The notes under the pieces are model-generated. The model saw only the letters and a list, made by a program, of their open reading frames with translations. It searched no databases and was not told where the DNA came from. The position numbers and the translations under genes were made by a program. Positions 10,669 through 22,435 of a stretch of 30,189 nucleotides of DNA are shown one piece after another. Position 1 is the stretch's first letter, and each line of letters begins with the position of its first letter. Source of the stretch: Macrostomum lignano (taxonomy: Eukaryota); the NCBI GenBank assembly GCA_002269645.1, contig NIVC01004955.1, positions 1 to 30,189 on the forward strand, read 5' to 3'.

Positions 10669-11477
10669 TTACTAGCAATCCAGCCCGTTCGGGGAGTGCA
10701 AAAAGGAAAATGAAAATATTGCTAATATATTAAAGAATAGACCCATGCGATGCTTCCAGTAAGCCTTGGCATCTCAGCGATTTCACCAGCGGTAAGCCTT
10801 GACAATAACATCTTAGCAATGCTCCCAGTAAGCCTTGACATCTCAACAATCCCACAAGCCTTGACATCTTAGAAATTCCCCATAAGCCTTGACATCCCAG
10901 CAATTCCCTATAAGCCTTGACATCTTGGCAATTCCCCCAGCTGTAAGCCTTGACATCCCAGCAATTCCCCTAGCTATAAGCCTTGACATCTTAGCAATTC
11001 CCCATTAAGCCTTGACATCTCAGCAATTCCCTCTTAAACCTAGCACAATGTCGTTGAGGCATTTCTGTTCAAGTGATTATGCACTTTAGTAACACCCGAC
11101 TTTAGTTCAAACAATCAGTTCCGGATTCAAACAATTCAAGTTGAAGACAAAGATATTCATAAATTTTACAATTTAATAAGCTAGTATAGCTATTTATAAC
11201 TCATAGCATCAGCTCAAGAATTGAAGTTTAGTCTATGGCCATAGACGTATTGAGCTCTCACTGCAAGAAAAATACACTAATTAGATAGGGAGAATACCGT
11301 TTTTCGAATATTTAATCCCTTTAGCATTGAGCAATTTCTTAGCCACGACCCATGTACCGTCATGGAAAATTTTCTGATCGAATGGTGCAAGTTTGGTGGA
11401 AATCGGTTGAGCCGTTTTTTCTATTATCTATCGCACAGACAGACAGACAGAAAGACAGAGAAAGCTTAGATTTAGAT
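10669..11477. mobile_element. Helitron/Helentron-associated non-autonomous element (DINE-1/HINE-like) with an internal tandem array
   Basis: Left end TACTAGC..CCCGTTCGGG (short hairpin). Right end AAGTTTGGTGGAAATCGGTTGAGCCGT...(ACAG)n...TTAGAT. This architecture is typical of such elements, recalled from memory. Confidence 0.55.
10760..11035. repeat. Degenerate ~30-bp tandem repeat (AAGCCTTGACATCTTAGCAATTCCC...)
   Basis: About 9 copies of aagccttgaca(t) at ~27-33 bp spacing. Confidence 0.85.
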
Positions 11478-11669
11478 GGCTTTTTAGCAGTTTAGCGCTT
11501 GTCTTTTCTTTTCTCAATTAGCAAATAGTGCTTATCCTTTCAAGCATAAACTCTTAGTGCGTATTGTCATTGGCCTAGTTATATTCTGGTCTGCAGGAGC
11601 TCAATATGCCAATCCCTGACGGCCTTAGACCCCTCTTTATTAGAATCAAACCTTTAATAAATACTCATA

Positions 11670-13095
11670 CAGCCAGCATCCCCCAGACAGCAAGCATCCC
11701 CCAGACAGCAAGCAATCCCCCAGACAGCAAGCATCCTCCAGACAGCAAGCATCCCCTAGACAGCAAGCGATCCCCCAGACAGCAAGCAATCCCCCAGACA
11801 GCAAGCATCCCCCAGACAGCAAGCAATCCCCCAGACAGCAAGCATCCTCCAGACAGCAAGCATCCCCTAGACAGCAAGCGATCCCCCAGACAGCAAGCAT
11901 CCCCCAGAAAGCATCAACCCATAGATATCAAGCAATCCCCCAGATCTAGACAGCAAGCAATCCCCCTGATCTAGACAGCAAGCAATCCCCCAGATCTAGA
12001 CAGCAAGCAATCCCCCTGATCTAGACAGCAAGCAATCCCCCAGATCTAGACAGCAAGCAATCCCCCTGATCTAGACAGCAAGCAATCCCCCAGATCTAGA
12101 CAGCAAGCAATCCCCCTGATCTAGACAGCAAGCAATCCCCAAGACAGCAAGCAATCCCCCAGACAGCAAGCAATGCCCTAGACAGCAAGCAATCCCCAAG
12201 ACAGCAAGCAATCCCCCAGATCTAGACAGCAAGCAATCCCCAGATCTAGACAGCAAGCAATCCCCAGATCTAGACAGCAAGCAATCCCAAGACAGCAAGC
12301 AATCCCCCAGATCTAGACAGCAAGCATTCCCCAGACAGTAAGCATCCCCCAGACAGCAAGCATCCTCCAGACAGCAAGCATCCCCCAGACAGCAAGCATT
12401 CCTCAGACAGCAAGCATCCTCCAGACAGCAAGCATCCCCCAGACAGCAAGCATTCCCCAGATAGCAAGCATCCCCCAGACAGCAAGCATCCCCCAGACAG
12501 CAAGCATCCTCCAGACAGCAAGCATCCCCCAGACAGCAAGCATTCCTCAGACAGCAAGCATCCTCCAGACAGCAAGCATCCCCCAGACAGCAAGCATTCC
12601 CCAGATAGCAAGCATCCCCCAGACAGCAAGCATCCCCCAGACAGCAAGCATTCCCCAGACAGCAAGCATCCCCAGACAGCAAGCATTCCTCAGACAGCAA
12701 GCATCCCCCAGACAGCAAGCATTCCCCAGACAGCAAGCATCCCCCAGACAGCAAGCATTCCCCAAACAGCAAGCATCCCCCAGACAGCAAGCATTCCTCA
12801 GACAGCAAGCATCCCCCAGACAGCAAGCATCCCCCAGACAGCAAGCATTCCCCAGATAGCAAGCATCCCCCAGACAGCAAGCATCCCCCAGACAGCAAGC
12901 ATTCCCAGACAGCAAGCATCCCCCAGACAGCAAGCATTCCTCAGACAGCAAGCATCCCCCAGACAGCAAGCATTCCCCAGACAGCAAGCATCCCCCAGAC
13001 AGCAAGCATTCCCCAGACAGCAAGCATCCCCCAGACAGCAAGCATTCCCCAAACAGCAAGCATCCCCCAGACAGCAAGCATCCTTCAGCAGGCAT
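11670..13095. repeat. 18/19-bp minisatellite (CAGACAGCAAGCATCCCC)n with a 24/25-bp AGATCT-containing sub-block
   Basis: Directly visible. The AGATCTAGACAGCAAGCAATCCCCC variant zone spans ~11937-12320. Confidence 0.97.
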
Positions 13096-13368
13096 CCCTA
13101 AAACAATCTAAAATCATCCCTCCATTTAATCCCGCAAAACAGACTGCAGTCATCTCTTGGCAGTCTGCATTTATCCACTTTGGAGTCTACAACTTTCGTT
13201 AACATTAAGAATTTATACCCTCAGCGGCCTAGAATTGTCCCTTCAGCAATCAAATAATTCACTTAGCAGTCCGCAATAATTCCCGCAACTACTTGCACTT
13301 AACTTGCACTTGCACTTCTCTTTAAAAGTAGTCTTTCGTTAACAATACTATGGTTCACCACCACTTCA

Positions 13369-13870
13369 GAAATTTGTTCACCAGCAGTTTAGCAATTTGT
13401 TCACCAGCAGTTTAGCAATTTGTTCACCAGCAGTTTAGCAATGCTTCACCAGCAGTTTAGCAATGCTTCACCAGCAGTTTAGCAATGCTTCACCAGCAGT
13501 TTAGCAATGCTTCACCAGCAGTTTAGCAATGCTTCACCAGCAGTTTAGCAATGCTTCACCAGCAGTTTAGCAATGCTTCACCAGCAGTTTAGCAATGCTT
13601 CACCAGCAGTTTAGCAATGCTTCACCAGCAGTTTAGCAATGCTTCACCAGCAGTTTAGCAATGCTTCACCAGCAGTTTAGCAATGCTTCACCAGCAGTTT
13701 AGCAATGCTTCACCAGCAGTTTAGCAATGCTTCACCAGCAGTTTAGCAATGCTTCACCAGCAGTTTAGCAAGGCTTCACCAGCAGTTTAGCAATGCTTCA
13801 CCAGCAGTTTAGCAATGCTTCACCAGCAGTTTAGCAATGCTTCACCAGCAGTTTAGCAATGCTTCACCAG
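13369..13870. repeat. 22-bp minisatellite (CACCAGCAGTTTAGCAATGCTT)n, ~22 copies
   Basis: Period 22 (13447, 13469, 13491...). The first copies are 23-bp variants. Confidence 0.97.
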
Positions 13871-13984
13871 TACTGTTTCGCTCAATGAGTGTGCAGATGG
13901 CTCAATAATCGAACTCATTTTTTGCAACCCGCAATTTGCTATTTGCTTTGCAAATCCTCTGACCATTTTTTCTTTGGTATATAA

Positions 13985-14175
13985 GAAAGTATACAGTTTT
14001 TCGAATATTTAAAACCGTTATCATTGAAGCAGATACAAGAAATTTTAACTGTCTTCTTTCCAGATAACTACAAATCTTTTAAGGAAAACGCGATCAAAAT
14101 TGGTCAAGAATTGCAGCCTGTAGAGCGTTACATCTGGTCAGACAGACAGACAAATCTTAGACAATTAGTATAGTT
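13985..14175. mobile_element. End of a second DINE-1/HINE-like element
   Basis: TTTTTCGAATATTTAA is shared with ~11300. It ends in AAAATTGGTCAAG...(CAGA)n...TTAGTATAG. Confidence 0.4.
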
Positions 14176-14489
14176 GGATGGATGACCTCAAAACTCAATC
14201 ACAGCCTGGGTGAAATGCATAGCGTCTGCTATATCTTCGGTATTTCGTACATCTGCGTGCACATATTTTACATCTTGAAGCTCTTCACCATTTACGTATA
14301 TACCTGTAAGGTGCAGTATATTAAAACTGCTATGGTGAGCCGAGGTGATGATGGACAGGCGACGGAGCTTTTTCACGATTTAGGTAGTTCAGCACTGAGA
14401 GTTGCACTGCTCAATGCATCATTAATGCATGGGGTGATTTTTTGTCTTTTGTCGCTCAGACATCCTCAAAAATCTTAATAAAAGCAATA

Positions 14490-14773
14490 GCTGATTACAC
14501 CTGCTCCAATTGGGCCAGATGTGCAACCGACAGCTCAGCCGCAGCTATTGCGCGGCGCATCTGAAGGCTGCGTACGGCTGTTCAGTCCAAGGACTGGGGG
14601 GTCGCCCCACACCCTCAGTTACCCCAGCTAAAGCTGGCACGGCCATTTTACAGCTGGGTGAACTGAAGCAATGCAGAGTAAGTGTCTTGCTCAAGGACAC
14701 AAATTGTTCCTAGTTGGTCGAGAATCGAACCCCCGACCACGTGAGTCGTGAGTCCGACGCTCTAACTAAACTA
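14490..14773 (-). mobile_element. tRNA-derived SINE with a CORE (MIR-like) domain
   Basis: On the minus strand: A-box-like TAGTTAGAGCG, B-box GGTTCGATTC, then TGTGTCCTTGAGCAAGACACTTACTCTGCATTGCTTCAGTTCACCCAGCTGTAAAATGG, closely resembling the remembered CORE consensus TGTGACCTTGGGCAAGTCACTTAACC...CTCAGTTTCCTCATCTGTAAAATGG. Confidence 0.75.
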
Positions 14774-15590
14774 TATTATTAAGAATGCTTTAATAGGAGC
14801 ATCAAAGTCCGGAGGATCCTGGGATCCAGGGCTGAATCCCAAGATTGGGTTAACAAATGAAAAACGCGAAAAGACGACTTTTAAATATTTGTGGCCTTTA
14901 CTTCGCTGTCTTTCAATTTAGTTCGGGGCACGAACATGACCATGAGTTGTTGTGTTGAGGGCCAACCTTGAAGGGCTCATTATTTTGTTATAATTTGTAA
15001 TATGAATGCAATTAGCTGCATTTACAAATTTAAGAACCTATTTGTATGGCGTTTTTGTTTTGGCAGGTTTCGGTAAATTGCAGATCAGCAATTGTAAAGT
15101 TTAGCAAAGTCAGTACAAAATATTGGTTGATGCTAAGAGCGAGGATAATTGTTTATACACAAGGAATGTTCTTTTCTAAGGGCTCTAATCCCTGACAATA
15201 GAATTACAGTAATGTCTGGCGCGTTGCGTATGACTACTCCTTCAGTGGGTCCTTCAGCTGAGCTATGGTAATGTATCAATTATATTAAATCTACGCTACT
15301 CTACTTCTGACTCATGATCAACTCAATCAGTTATTATAGTTGGCATTTAATTAAGCATGCTGTATTCTTTTACAATCAGAAGTTTAGATATCTAGCAAGC
15401 CATTGCTACTGTGTATAGCATTACACAGATGTAACTCCTTATTGGGTTTCATTGCCGCTTTGGACCAAATCGATGCTTGCTGGATTCGTCGTTGGATGCG
15501 TCGTCCAGTACCGAAGTTCTACCAGAGCTAACAAGCGATGGTCTGCTAATGCTGGTCCGGATTGAGAATGAATGTGTGCCGTAATCCACC

Positions 15591-15806
15591 GAGACTCAAC
15601 GAAAACTTCACGTGGCAAGGTTCCGCCAGTTCCTCAATGAGAAGGGGCTCTGCCATGAGTTTGAGAACTATTATCAGAGGCTTTTCTACTCGTCTCTTCG
15701 AAAGCAGGATGGAACATACTACGCGCCGAAGTCTCTTGTCTGTTTTCGCGCGGCCATTCAACGGCACCTGGAATCCCCGTCCGTCAATCGCCAGGTGAAC
15801 AAGTAA
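15591..15806 (+). pseudogene. Fragment of a Crypton-type tyrosine recombinase / DUF3504-associated region
   Basis: ETQRKLHVARFRQFLNEKG...LFYSSLRKQDGTYYAPKSLVCFRAAIQRHL resembles the FY..(L/V)RK.DG..Y.P.SL...AA(I/L).RHL motif of Crypton/ZMYM/QRICH1-family proteins. It is truncated, with no catalytic C-terminus. Confidence 0.6.
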
Positions 15807-16554
15807 AACAAGACTGCTTATAGTCATTCGCTTTGTCCTTACGAACTTACATGAATTTCCGACAGTGGAACAAAATTAGTGTGTATGTAAAACAAAGCTA
15901 TTAAAATGTATTTTGATCAAAATGGCGAGGCGATATTCCTGCAAAAAAGGTCATTAATATACAGAAATTACATCTATGATAAATTTTCGAACGAGTGCAC
16001 TGGCTCCGACTCAGAGAGACTTGTACCTTGTTGTCACTCAAGTTGAATAGACGAGCGGCTAGATAAGAAATGAGCTATAAAAGAAGCGCAAAAGAAGCCA
16101 TTTCAGCTTGAGTACAGTGTATAAAGAAATTTGAGTACAAATTTCGAATTGGAGCCATGACACTGTACGTCTCTCATTCTCAGTTTGTGTACTATATTCA
16201 AAATAAAGTTTGTAGCTGCAAGCCGTAAATTTCGTAATTTCTATCTTCGAATTTACTAACAAAAATAGCATAAGCAAACAAATTCTTGTGAGTCATTGCC
16301 TTAAATATTCTCAAAACGATAAAAACTGCCTAGCTCTTATAGCTATCCGCGCATCTGGACTGAGAGCAGAATTTATTCAGCCTCTTCTTCTGCGGTAGAA
16401 GTTTGTTTTAACAAGCACAGCGGATCCTTGATGGTAAGAATAATGCATTATGTCGCGATTAAAGACAGATTTACGATTTATAGATTTCACAACGTTTTCC
16501 AGGCTGACAATTCTTTTTTAAAAGGAATCAATTAATGGAATTTTGTCTCAAATT

Positions 16555-18080
16555 TCCGTAGTCCACGGTTCATAGACTGTATTATCCGTAGTCTACGGTT
16601 CATAGACTGTATTATCCGTAGTCTACGGTTCATAGACTATAGTATCAGTAGTCTACGGCTCATAGACTATAGTATCCGTACTCTATGGTTCATAGACTAT
16701 AGTATCCGTAGTCTACGGTTCATAGACTGTATTATCCGTAGTCTACGGTTCATAGACTATAGTATCCGTAGTCTACGGTTCATAGACTATAGTATCAGTA
16801 GTCTACGGCTCATAGACTATAGTATCCGTAGTCTATGGTTCATAGACTATTGCATCCGTAGTCTACGGTTCATAGACTGTATTATCCGTAGTCTACGGTT
16901 CATAGACTATAGTATCCGTAGTCTACGGTTCATAGACTATAGTATCAGTAGTCTACGGCTCATAGACTATAGTATCCGTAGTCTATGGTTCATAGACTAT
17001 TGCATCCGTAGTCTACGGTTCATAGACTGTATTATCCGTAGTCTACGGTTCATAGACTATAGTATCCGTAGTCTACGGCTCATAGACTATAGTATCCGTA
17101 GTCTACGGTTCATAGACTATAGTATCAGTAGTCTACGGCTCATAGACTATAGTATCCGTAGTCTATGGTTCATAGACTATTGCATCCGTAGTCTACGGTT
17201 CATAGACTGTATTATCCGTAGTCTACGGTTCATAGACTATAGTATCCGTAGTCTACGGTTCATAGACTATAGTATCAGTAGTCTACGGCTCATAGACTAT
17301 AGTATCCGTAGTCTATGGTTCATATACTATTGCATCCGTAGTCTACGGTTCATAGACTGTATTATCCGTAGTCTACGGTTCATAGACTATAGTATCCGTA
17401 GTCTACGGCTCATAGACTATAGTATCCGTAGTCTACGGTTCATAGACTATAGTATCAGTAGTCTACGGCTCATAGACTATAGTATCCGTAGTCTACGGTT
17501 CATAGACTATAGTATTCGTAGTCTACGGCTCATAGACTATAGTATCCGTAGTCTATGGTTCATAGACTATAGTATCCGTAGTCTACGGTTCATAGTCTGT
17601 ATTATCCGTACTCTACGGTTCATAGACTATAGTATCCGTAGTCTACGGTTCATAGACTATAGTATCCGTAGTCTACGGTTCATAGACTATAGTATCCGTA
17701 GTCTACGGTTCATAGACTGTATTATCCGTAGTCTATGGTTCATAGACTATAGGATCCGTAGTCTATGGTTCATAGACTATAGTATCCGTAGTCTATGGTT
17801 CATAGACTATAGTATCCGTAGTCTATGGTTCATAGACTATAGTATCCGTAGTCTATGGTTCATAGACTATAGTATCCGTAGTCTATGGTTCATAGACTAT
17901 AGTATCCGTAGTCTATGGTTCATAGACTATAGTATCCGTAGTCTATGGTTCATAGACTATAGTATCCGTAGTCTATGGTTCATAGACTATAGTATCCGTA
18001 GTCTATGGTTCATAGACTATTGCATCCGTAGTCTACGGTTCATAGACTATTGCATCCGCAGTCTATGGTTGATAGATTAT
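16555..18080. repeat. 30-bp satellite (TCCGTAGTCTACGGTTCATAGACTATAGTA)n, ~51 units with higher-order repeats
   Basis: Exactly two units per 60-nt line; variant units recur in a regular order. Confidence 0.98.
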
Positions 18081-18695
18081 AGGCAACTAAACATAAATCA
18101 GTGCTAATTCAGTTCGACATATACACTCATATAGTACTACATTATTTGATTCTTACAGCTGAATTGAATTCAGTCCAAATCAATTTTCATTGACTAAAGC
18201 ATTTAGTAAAAAGATTTTTTTCTAATTTTTCACTAAATTGTGAATTTGAGTAGGTGTTTTCATAGAATTGGAAACTTGACTGGCCATTCAAAGCTACCAA
18301 GTTGCTATACGTATTTGATCTATGACGCTTAATTTTCCTGTGAACTGCCCATTGGGCCAGCATGTACGAGCGTACAAGTAGCAGCAGCTATTCATGTCCC
18401 TGCATCCCCCCGTGAGAAATTCATTTGGCTATACGCCCCTATTGGTTCTCATGCAGTTGCAGAAGAGGTGAAAAATATTCGGTTCTTGATTGTTAGAAAT
18501 GATTTGTACCGAACCGTGGTTTGGCAGAAGGCTTATATAATATTAGTATCCTTGCACGCCCTCAAATTTCGACATTGACTAGCTGCTGCAAAGTTCTGTA
18601 ACAATGTTACATTAAAACTTTTCTTTGTGAATAATCAACAGTTTTAAATTCAACAGACTTATGCTATAACAATATATGGCCTTCAATTTTTTTAG

Positions 18696-18850
18696 ATGGC
18701 TTTTAGCTTGCCGTTAAGGACAACGGCTATTATAATCGGATTTGCATGCTCTGCGGCCCAGTTTAACGAAATTAAAAACGACAAAGTACTGAGCAGGGAA
18801 CTTACTGGCGGCGCTTCAATTGGTATTGATTTTGGCGCCTCGCATATCAG
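18696..18850 (+). CDS. Exon 1 of a divergent BiP/GRP78-derived Hsp70 (signal peptide and phosphate-1 motif)
   Basis: MAFSLPLRTTAIIIGFACSAAQF...IGIDFGASHI (cf. IGIDLGTTYS). Donor CAG|gtaatg, phase 2. Confidence 0.8.
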
Positions 18851-19060
18851 GTAATGAGGTTTAATTGGTACGCGTATTCATAAGATCATTTGGGACACAT
18901 TTGACGAACAATTACAAATTGTAAATAATCAGGCCGCGGAAGCAAATGCCAAATCTCGATGATGCAATCCCCAGCGTAGCAAAAGACGATGTCGTTTAGT
19001 CGGATCGCTCAGTCAAAGTTATCCATGATTTTACATTGAATTACAGTCCAATAGTGGTGA

Positions 19061-20631
19061 TGTGGCCGCAGCCTTCTGCTGCAAGCATAGGGCCGCAGTC
19101 ACATCTTAGGCGCTGCTGTCCGCTGCTAGTATCTGGAATAGGAATTTTTCTGCTGCCTCCAAGCACTCTAAGCAGCCTTCCTTGGCGCTCAGAAGTTGCA
19201 CAATATGGCGCAATCTTTTGACATAGGAAATTAGGAAGTTTTGCCTAGCCTAGGGTTAGTTAGTGGAAGCCGCCAAATTTGGCGCTTGCCTGTACTGTTG
19301 TTGCCTGGCCTGCCGCGTACAATCGCTCAGTGTACGCAAGTCTAGTTAGCCGCACTCCTCCCCGTGCGCTCTCTGGACCCTTCCCCTTCTGCTCTCTCGT
19401 TCCTCCTGCGTCCGAGCCTCTCCCCATGCGTCATTCTATTTTTAGACTGAGGGTTTCGCGGACCCCGTGTCCCGAGCTGAACCCTCCCTCACGTGCAGCC
19501 TTGTGCGCACAAGCCCAAATTTGGCATGCTATTGTCACTGGTGGCTTGAGGCGACTGTCGGCGCTTCGTACAAGCTACTTTCTCCCCCCATGTTTAATCA
19601 ATATCTGTTGTGCATCATTATCCGCACTTTTCGGGCTGCAGTTCCATGGTCAAGCCACGGAATGCCCAAACGCTCCACCCTCCGCGTTCTATATTAACGA
19701 ATGCAGGCCCGCTTGTCTGAATTTTTCCTCAGAACCGTTTTGACCGCTGGTCAGACTTGTCGAGAGCCTTCTCCAAGTCAAGCGCTCTAGCGCCGGTTAA
19801 CAGCGAAGCAAAGCTCCTGAGCAGGTCTTGGTAGAGCTTTAAGCATCGCTAAGCAGCTGCAAGCTCCTGAGCAGGTCTTGGTAGAGCATTGCAGCGCTCA
19901 AGCAGAAAGCACGCTCCTGAGCAGGTCTTGGTAGAGCATTGCTAGTGCTATAGCTCTGGTTTTCCAGCCTACCCTATTGGCAGGAAATCAGTTAGCTGAA
20001 GCCATTCTGCTAGTGTCTATTCGCGACACAGGCGCGAATAAGAGTGAGAGTGAGTGTGCAGACGCAGCACTCGTGCGCGATCCTAAGACTAGCTGTTAGT
20101 TTATAGGCCTAGAGTCTATTGCTGCTTCAGGCGCATAGACCTATTCCTCGCCGCCCATCTGCGCGAGACGTAGCTATTAGGTTAGTAGGAGTTAGGGGTC
20201 CTCTGAGAGCTAAACTCAGACACGCTCAAGCGCGGACATTGTCAGTGCCAGGACTGCGCCGCTCAGGCCATTTGCTACCATTGAGTCCTGTCACTTGGAC
20301 ATTGAAATATCTGAGACTAGTTGTTCTAGCGTTATTTATTTGCGTGGAGCCCAAACAGACCCCTTCATTGCGGATCCTACGGTTCCCACGCTGGTGGCAG
20401 CACTACCCTTAATTTTAGATTTCCCCAGTCTCAACCCCCACAAGCGTGCTTGCTAAGGTTGCCTCGGCCAATAGCAGTCCGCCTCACCCTAGCAGCCAGA
20501 TACCGAGACACAACACTGGTGGCAGCGGTGGGATACCAAGATTTACAGACCCGAGCCAAGGCAATCAGAAGCAAGGGCACTTTAGTGGGATGAGACAGAG
20601 AAATTGCTTCCGTTTTAAGCTAAATGGCACA
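19061..20631. mobile_element. GC-richer intronic insertion, possibly LTR-derived; contains three 50-bp-spaced repeats at 19811-19941
   Basis: TGTGGC...GGCACA near-inverted ends and GCTCCTGAGCAGGTCTTGGTAGAGC x3. No target-site duplication found, so the boundaries are uncertain. Confidence 0.3.
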
Positions 20632-20970
20632 TAAATGTTGTCTAAAAAAGTCATGTAGACTTACATGTCACATAATTTAACTCCTACGAGTATTTCCCTT
20701 ATTTGTTGTCCACTGGACTGAGACGCAGACAGATTGGATTTCCAATGACGATCGATGTCCATTTTTGACATTCGCTTTTGTTCATCGTGAAAGCTTTTTA
20801 TCACATCAACGTGACGTCTGTGTGATAGTGATAGTACACAGTGTACAACCATCCCGATCTCTATGCATGCAATCGCCATTCCAATTTGAATCTCCCGACG
20901 TTGTTTCTTACTTCAGCATCGATTGAATTTGCGTTTGTTAAATTAACTCAAACTCACTGCATGATTTCAG

Positions 20971-22435
20971 AGTTGCCGTATTCCGAAACGGCAGAGCTTC
21001 GGTCCTTAAGAACGAGCAGGGTAGCGAAATCACACCCGCCTATGTGGCATTCACACGGGATGGAAAACGGCTCATTGGAGACGAGGCGAAGAGTCAGCTC
21101 ACCTCGAATCCGGAGAACACGGTGTTCTCTTTATTCCCAATTCTTGGCGGCCAAAGCTTTGATGAGGAAGAGGTCCAGAATCACACGGAGGCCGTGCCTT
21201 ACAAAATATTTAGTAGCAACAAGAAAGCCAAAATCGACGTGAAAGTTGGCGACCGCACTGAGTCATTTTCTACGGAAGAAATTGTTGCCGTGCTGCTCAG
21301 CAAGATGAAGGAAATTGCTGAAAAATACCTGAACGAGCCGGTCACCAGAGCGGTGATCAGTTTGGCCAGCTGCGCCACCTATTCCCAGCGGAGGGCGATC
21401 AAAGATTCTGGTAAAATCTCCGGCTTCCAAGAGGTTCACGTAGTCAATTCCCACATGACCACTGCCCTGGCTTACCTGCTGCTAGTCGAAGTCTTCAGTC
21501 CGAGGCGCGTGCTGGTCATTGACGTCGGCGCCAGGTCGCTCAGCGTCGCAGTTTTATCAGTTGGCAACGGAGCAATCCGAACCCTCGCTCAGGATTGCTC
21601 AACTAAAATTGGTGGCGAAATATTCCAGCAGCGAGTCATTCACTACATGGAGATGCTCTACGAGAAAAAGAAGGGCAGAGGCTTGGCGGAGCGGCTCCGT
21701 AAGAGTGCCAACGCCCAGCAGAAGCTTCGTAGAGAAGTTGAAAAAGCAATTCGAACTTTGTCTTTTAGTGAGCTGGCGGATGTTCAGACTGAGTCACTTC
21801 TGGGCGAGGACTTCTCTGAGGTTTTGATGCAGTCCAGGTTTGAACAGCTGAATATGGATCTGTTCCAAAGCGTGGCAGATCTTGCTGAGACCGTGCTCAA
21901 CCGAGCAGGCTCGCGAGCCTCAAAACTCGATGACGTGTTGCTAATCGGCGGCTCCAGTAAAATTCCAATGTTGCGTCAATTCGTGGCAAACGCCATCCTA
22001 GCAGTTGGCCAGCCCAGCGACATGATGGATCCGGACACTTCGTCAGTTGTTGGCGCGGCAATCTGGGCCGGGAGCCTCGCCAACAGAGCATTCGACGACG
22101 GGACTATTGGAGCCTTCAAGCCCGGCCTGCTTGCATCAGGAAATTTCGCCCTTGTCGACAGCACGTCACACTGCCTGGGCTACTTATCCAAGGGATATTA
22201 TTTTAGTACCGTTATTCCTCGAAATGAGCCGCTGCCAGCCAAGGGGGAAGTGAAGGTATCGTTGCCGAATATCTACGACGAGGAAGTCAGTAAGGCAACT
22301 ATACTGGTGTTCGAAGGCGAGCAGCGCGTGGCTGAAATGAAGAACTTCGTTGATTCGGTTCAGTTGTACTTTAAGAAGACTTTCTATCCGGCACTTTGGA
22401 GTAACTTTACTGTCAATCACGAGCACACGATAACG
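20971..22435 (+). CDS. Exon 2 of the divergent BiP-derived Hsp70 (nucleotide-binding domain and SBD-beta)
   Basis: Acceptor gatttcag|A restores the exon-1 phase. Recognisable motifs: TPAYVAFTRDGKRLIGDEAKSQLTSNPENTVF, RFEQLNMDLF, LIGGSSKIP, VIPRN, VFEGE. Donor ACG|gttggt, phase 0. Confidence 0.9.

Noticed and set aside
12071-13095. Cys-rich ORFs (GCLLSG / DACCLG) resembling keratin-associated or metallothionein proteins
   Set aside because: They are translations of the 18/19-bp minisatellite, open in several frames, with no unique sequence.
14700-14773. Functional tRNA gene
   Set aside because: A and B boxes are present, but there is no complete acceptor stem and the sequence continues into a SINE CORE domain.
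16555-18080. CRISPR array (30-bp palindromic repeats)
   Set aside because: The units are head-to-tail with no unique spacers, there are no cas genes, and the context is eukaryotic.
18300-18695. ER stress response element upstream of the BiP-like gene
   Set aside because: I found no exact CCAAT-N9-CCACG on either strand.
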